This document shows positions 61,191 to 64,000 of a DNA stretch of 64,000 nt, in pieces. Position numbers and translations under genes: made by a program. Under the pieces are notes generated by a model. That model was not told where the DNA came from. It did no database searches and was given only the letters and a program-made list of their open reading frames with translations. The stretch lies in assembly GCF_001194135.2 (NCBI RefSeq), contig NC_069003.1, positions 25,565,456-25,629,455 of the forward strand, written 5' to 3'. Numbering within the stretch: position 1 is the stretch's first letter; the number at the start of each line of letters is the position of its first letter. Origin of the DNA: Octopus bimaculoides. Its lineage: Eukaryota.

Positions 61191-62333
61191 AACAGATTCA
61201 GTTTCGCGGCAGAAACAACTTCCGCTGCCGAAACCACGATTTGAAACCGTTTCGTCTGAATCACCTCACCAATTGATTCTCTTCTTAGTTTATGTCATAC
61301 GCATTTTTGTTAACTTAGCCTCTATGCTAAACCACATTCCTAACGAATTAAGCCTACGAATCCCATTAAAACGTTCGCAAGAAGCCACAAACCACGGGGA
61401 AAAGACCTTTGAATGAAATCACCCCAAGGGCTTGACTGATTCTTTTATTTTATCAACAGAAAGTTGAATGAACAACGTTGACTTCGGTGGGATTTGAATT
61501 CAAAGCCTAAAGTGCTGTTATTAAATCCCACGAGGCATTTTCTTCGACTACCTAATGATTCGGTTAATCCACCGACTTAGATTTAAACATTAATCTATAA
61601 CGGAGGTAGGTAGAAGACCACACAATTCTGGAGGAAGAGGGTATTGCTAATTAAATTGTTACTTGTACTTATCTTATGGACCCCGGAAGTATGCAAGGGA
61701 GAAAATCGACAGGAATTGAACAGGGGAATATGATGGGCCGTAGTTAAATCCTTCAGGTTCCGACGATCGAATAATTCTCTGCCAAACCATTGCCCTCCTC
61801 GGTCCTTCTTAATTGTTGATTCTGATTTAGTGGAGTAGGGTTAGTCGATTACATCGGTCCCAATACTTGACTGGTACTTTATTTTATGGAACCTGGAGGG
61901 ATGAAAGGCAAAGTTGATCTCGGAAGAAATACTGTAAAGCATTTCTTCCCAACCTATCGCCTTCATCAGTGCTAAAAATAAGAATTTCTTACATTGGTAC
62001 CAGGTCACACATTAGCATATCTGTGAGTATCCTTGGCTCATAGAATAACTAAATGATGCTTATTTTATTGACTTTTAGGTATGATGCTGGAAATAAGGGA
62101 AGTCTAATTAAACTGTAGAGCGATTGAACGAAAATACTACATATTTCAGCTTTTGCCCATTTTCTGCGAATATTTGTTTTAAACCCTAGATTAGAGCTAA
62201 TTATTTCTAACAGAATTTTGCAACAGGTCGATCAGCCTGATTGACTTACGAAAGTGAATAGAGAGTTACTCAAATGACACTATGTTTGGGAGGTAGAATA
62301 ATAGCTTAGGGGAACCAAAGGAACATACCTGAA

Positions 62334-62379
<46 letters not shown>

Positions 62380-62574
62380 TATATAAAATCTTTAGCCCAA
62401 ACCAGTTTTAGCTTATCCCCTTTTTCAAGGTGCCATGCAGTAGGACATCCGGGCACCATGTACTTGGGAAGCAAGCTTCTTATCACGCAACCATGACTGC
62501 ATCGTTTTACATATCTTATTTACAATCCATCCCCAATATTTGAGGACCTAACAGAAGACTCACTGAAGTGCCAT

Positions 62575-63020
62575 GTGATTGAAGAAATTAAGAAAAATCC
62601 TGACACAGAAGACATCCAAATTACCATTAAACAGATAAATTTGAGGAACCCCCATCTCTGGAACTGATAGTATACCAGCTGAGTTTATTAAACAGCGTGT
62701 ATGTAAGAGATTGACAATAGGACTACATTCGATGTCAATATGTGGAATGGTTCATTAGTTCCACTGGATTGGAAGGATACTAGTCTAATGTACAAGGGAA
62801 AAAGTGCCTAATTATACTGGGGTAACTTTCATAGTATTTTCTTATTACTGTGGATAGGATGTACATCAGACTTTTATTGAAACCACAGCAGACACACACA
62901 TGCTCCATAGTTGTCCCAAAGACTTAATATGGATTTAGATTGAGAAGCAGTAATTCAAATATGATCTTTAGTGCCAGTCTGTTGCAAGAGAAGTGTATAG
63001 ACCAGAGACTTCCTCTTTTA
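62575..63020 (+). mobile_element. Decayed RTE-clade reverse transcriptase fragment
   Basis: Remnant peptides SGTDSIPAEFIK, MWNGSLVPLDWKDTS, YGFRLRSSNSNMIFSASLLQEKC match RTE RT pre-domain motifs; stops and frameshifts present. Confidence 0.7.
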
Positions 63021-64000
63021 CCAATTTTTCTTTTATTTAATGAAAGAGCAGTGGTGATTTAAAACCCAACTGCTAGATAACCAGTCTGACACCATAAACA
63101 AACCACCACAGTTCCATGTGATCAGTCTGTCAACTGACCACTCAATGTGAGTTTGTGACGGGGTATGGTTCGCTTAAATGTTCTTGTTACCAATAGGAAC
63201 CGCTTTTGCCACTCGATAAACTGCAGAGTGTTGAAGGCAGCCGAGCGATGTGCCTCCAATCTTGCCATGGTCATTTCTTAAAAGCACCCAGTATACTCTG
63301 TAAAGTGGTTGTTTTCATGATGTATGGAATGTGAAAAAGTTTCAGTTTTTATGAGTGAACCTTTAATAATTATCAAAAACTAATTTTATTCATATAACGA
63401 GTATGATTGTTTTCCAAACACTTTTTGGGCTTAACAGGTATACCATGACAATTTTCAGTCTACCCAGATTCCTATACTAAATGAAATATACTATATATCT
63501 GTAGAATCACTTCTCTCTAACACCAGATATATTCTTTATATTTATTGTATGGGTAAGATTAATTTCTCAATGAACCATTATTTGACCAAACTACCTAAAC
63601 ACACTCCTTGAATGAGACAGAAACCATGCACGATGATAAAATGGAGCCCAGGCAGTTCTCCAGTGGACCAGCTCCTATCAAACCGTCCAACCCATGCCAG
63701 CGTGGAGAATGGATGTTAAATGATGATGAACTCCAGGTTCTTGGACAGACCCTCTCTAAACATTCACCCAATGTCTTGTAACTTCTATGGATGCAGTGCA
63801 GTTTCTCTCTCTCTTCCAGTTAGCAATTATTAATGTTGTTCCTTGTAAATAGCCAACATCAAATATCTTTATGTCCAGCAATAAATATTCGTGAGTTGCT
63901 TCCGTCATTATTCAAGCAGTCAACAAATATCTTCATTCATTGCTACTTGAACAACCAATTTACCTTATGATAAAAGCTCTTCGACATGGTCGATAGAAAT

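Overview
AT-rich, repeat-dense eukaryotic genomic DNA with assembly gaps. The repeat families and gene style suggest an octopus (coleoid cephalopod), probably O. bimaculoides; this species call is inference. Two spliced genes lie in tandem on the minus strand, both reconstructed by hand with GT-AG borders and continuous codon phase. (1) PHAX (phosphorylated adaptor for RNA export): complete, 5 coding exons, 61190->50157, 469 aa. (2) DNMT1 (maintenance DNA cytosine-5 methyltransferase): 27 coding exons, 42783->291, about 1058 aa, covering the DMAP1-binding region, PIP box, RFTS, CXXC, BAH1 and most of BAH2; the catalytic domain lies beyond the left edge. Introns and intergenic DNA hold RTE LINE 3' ends, three tRNA-derived SINE families, two deleted Tc1/mariner elements (DD37D and mariner-type), hAT, pogo/Tigger and TTAA piggyBac-like MITEs, a Helentron-like element, a Penelope-like GIY-YIG remnant and R4/Dong-like remnants. 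The most notable unexplained structure is a complete type I hammerhead ribozyme motif (21764-21891) on the DNMT1 sense strand in intron 11. It sits beside a ~260 bp near-perfect foldback, and both are nested in a hAT MITE. Two further long, unrelated foldbacks lie in DNMT1 introns 14 and 16. Most ORF-track entries are spurious (repeats, microsatellites, N-runs). Repeat boundaries were set by eye and are approximate.
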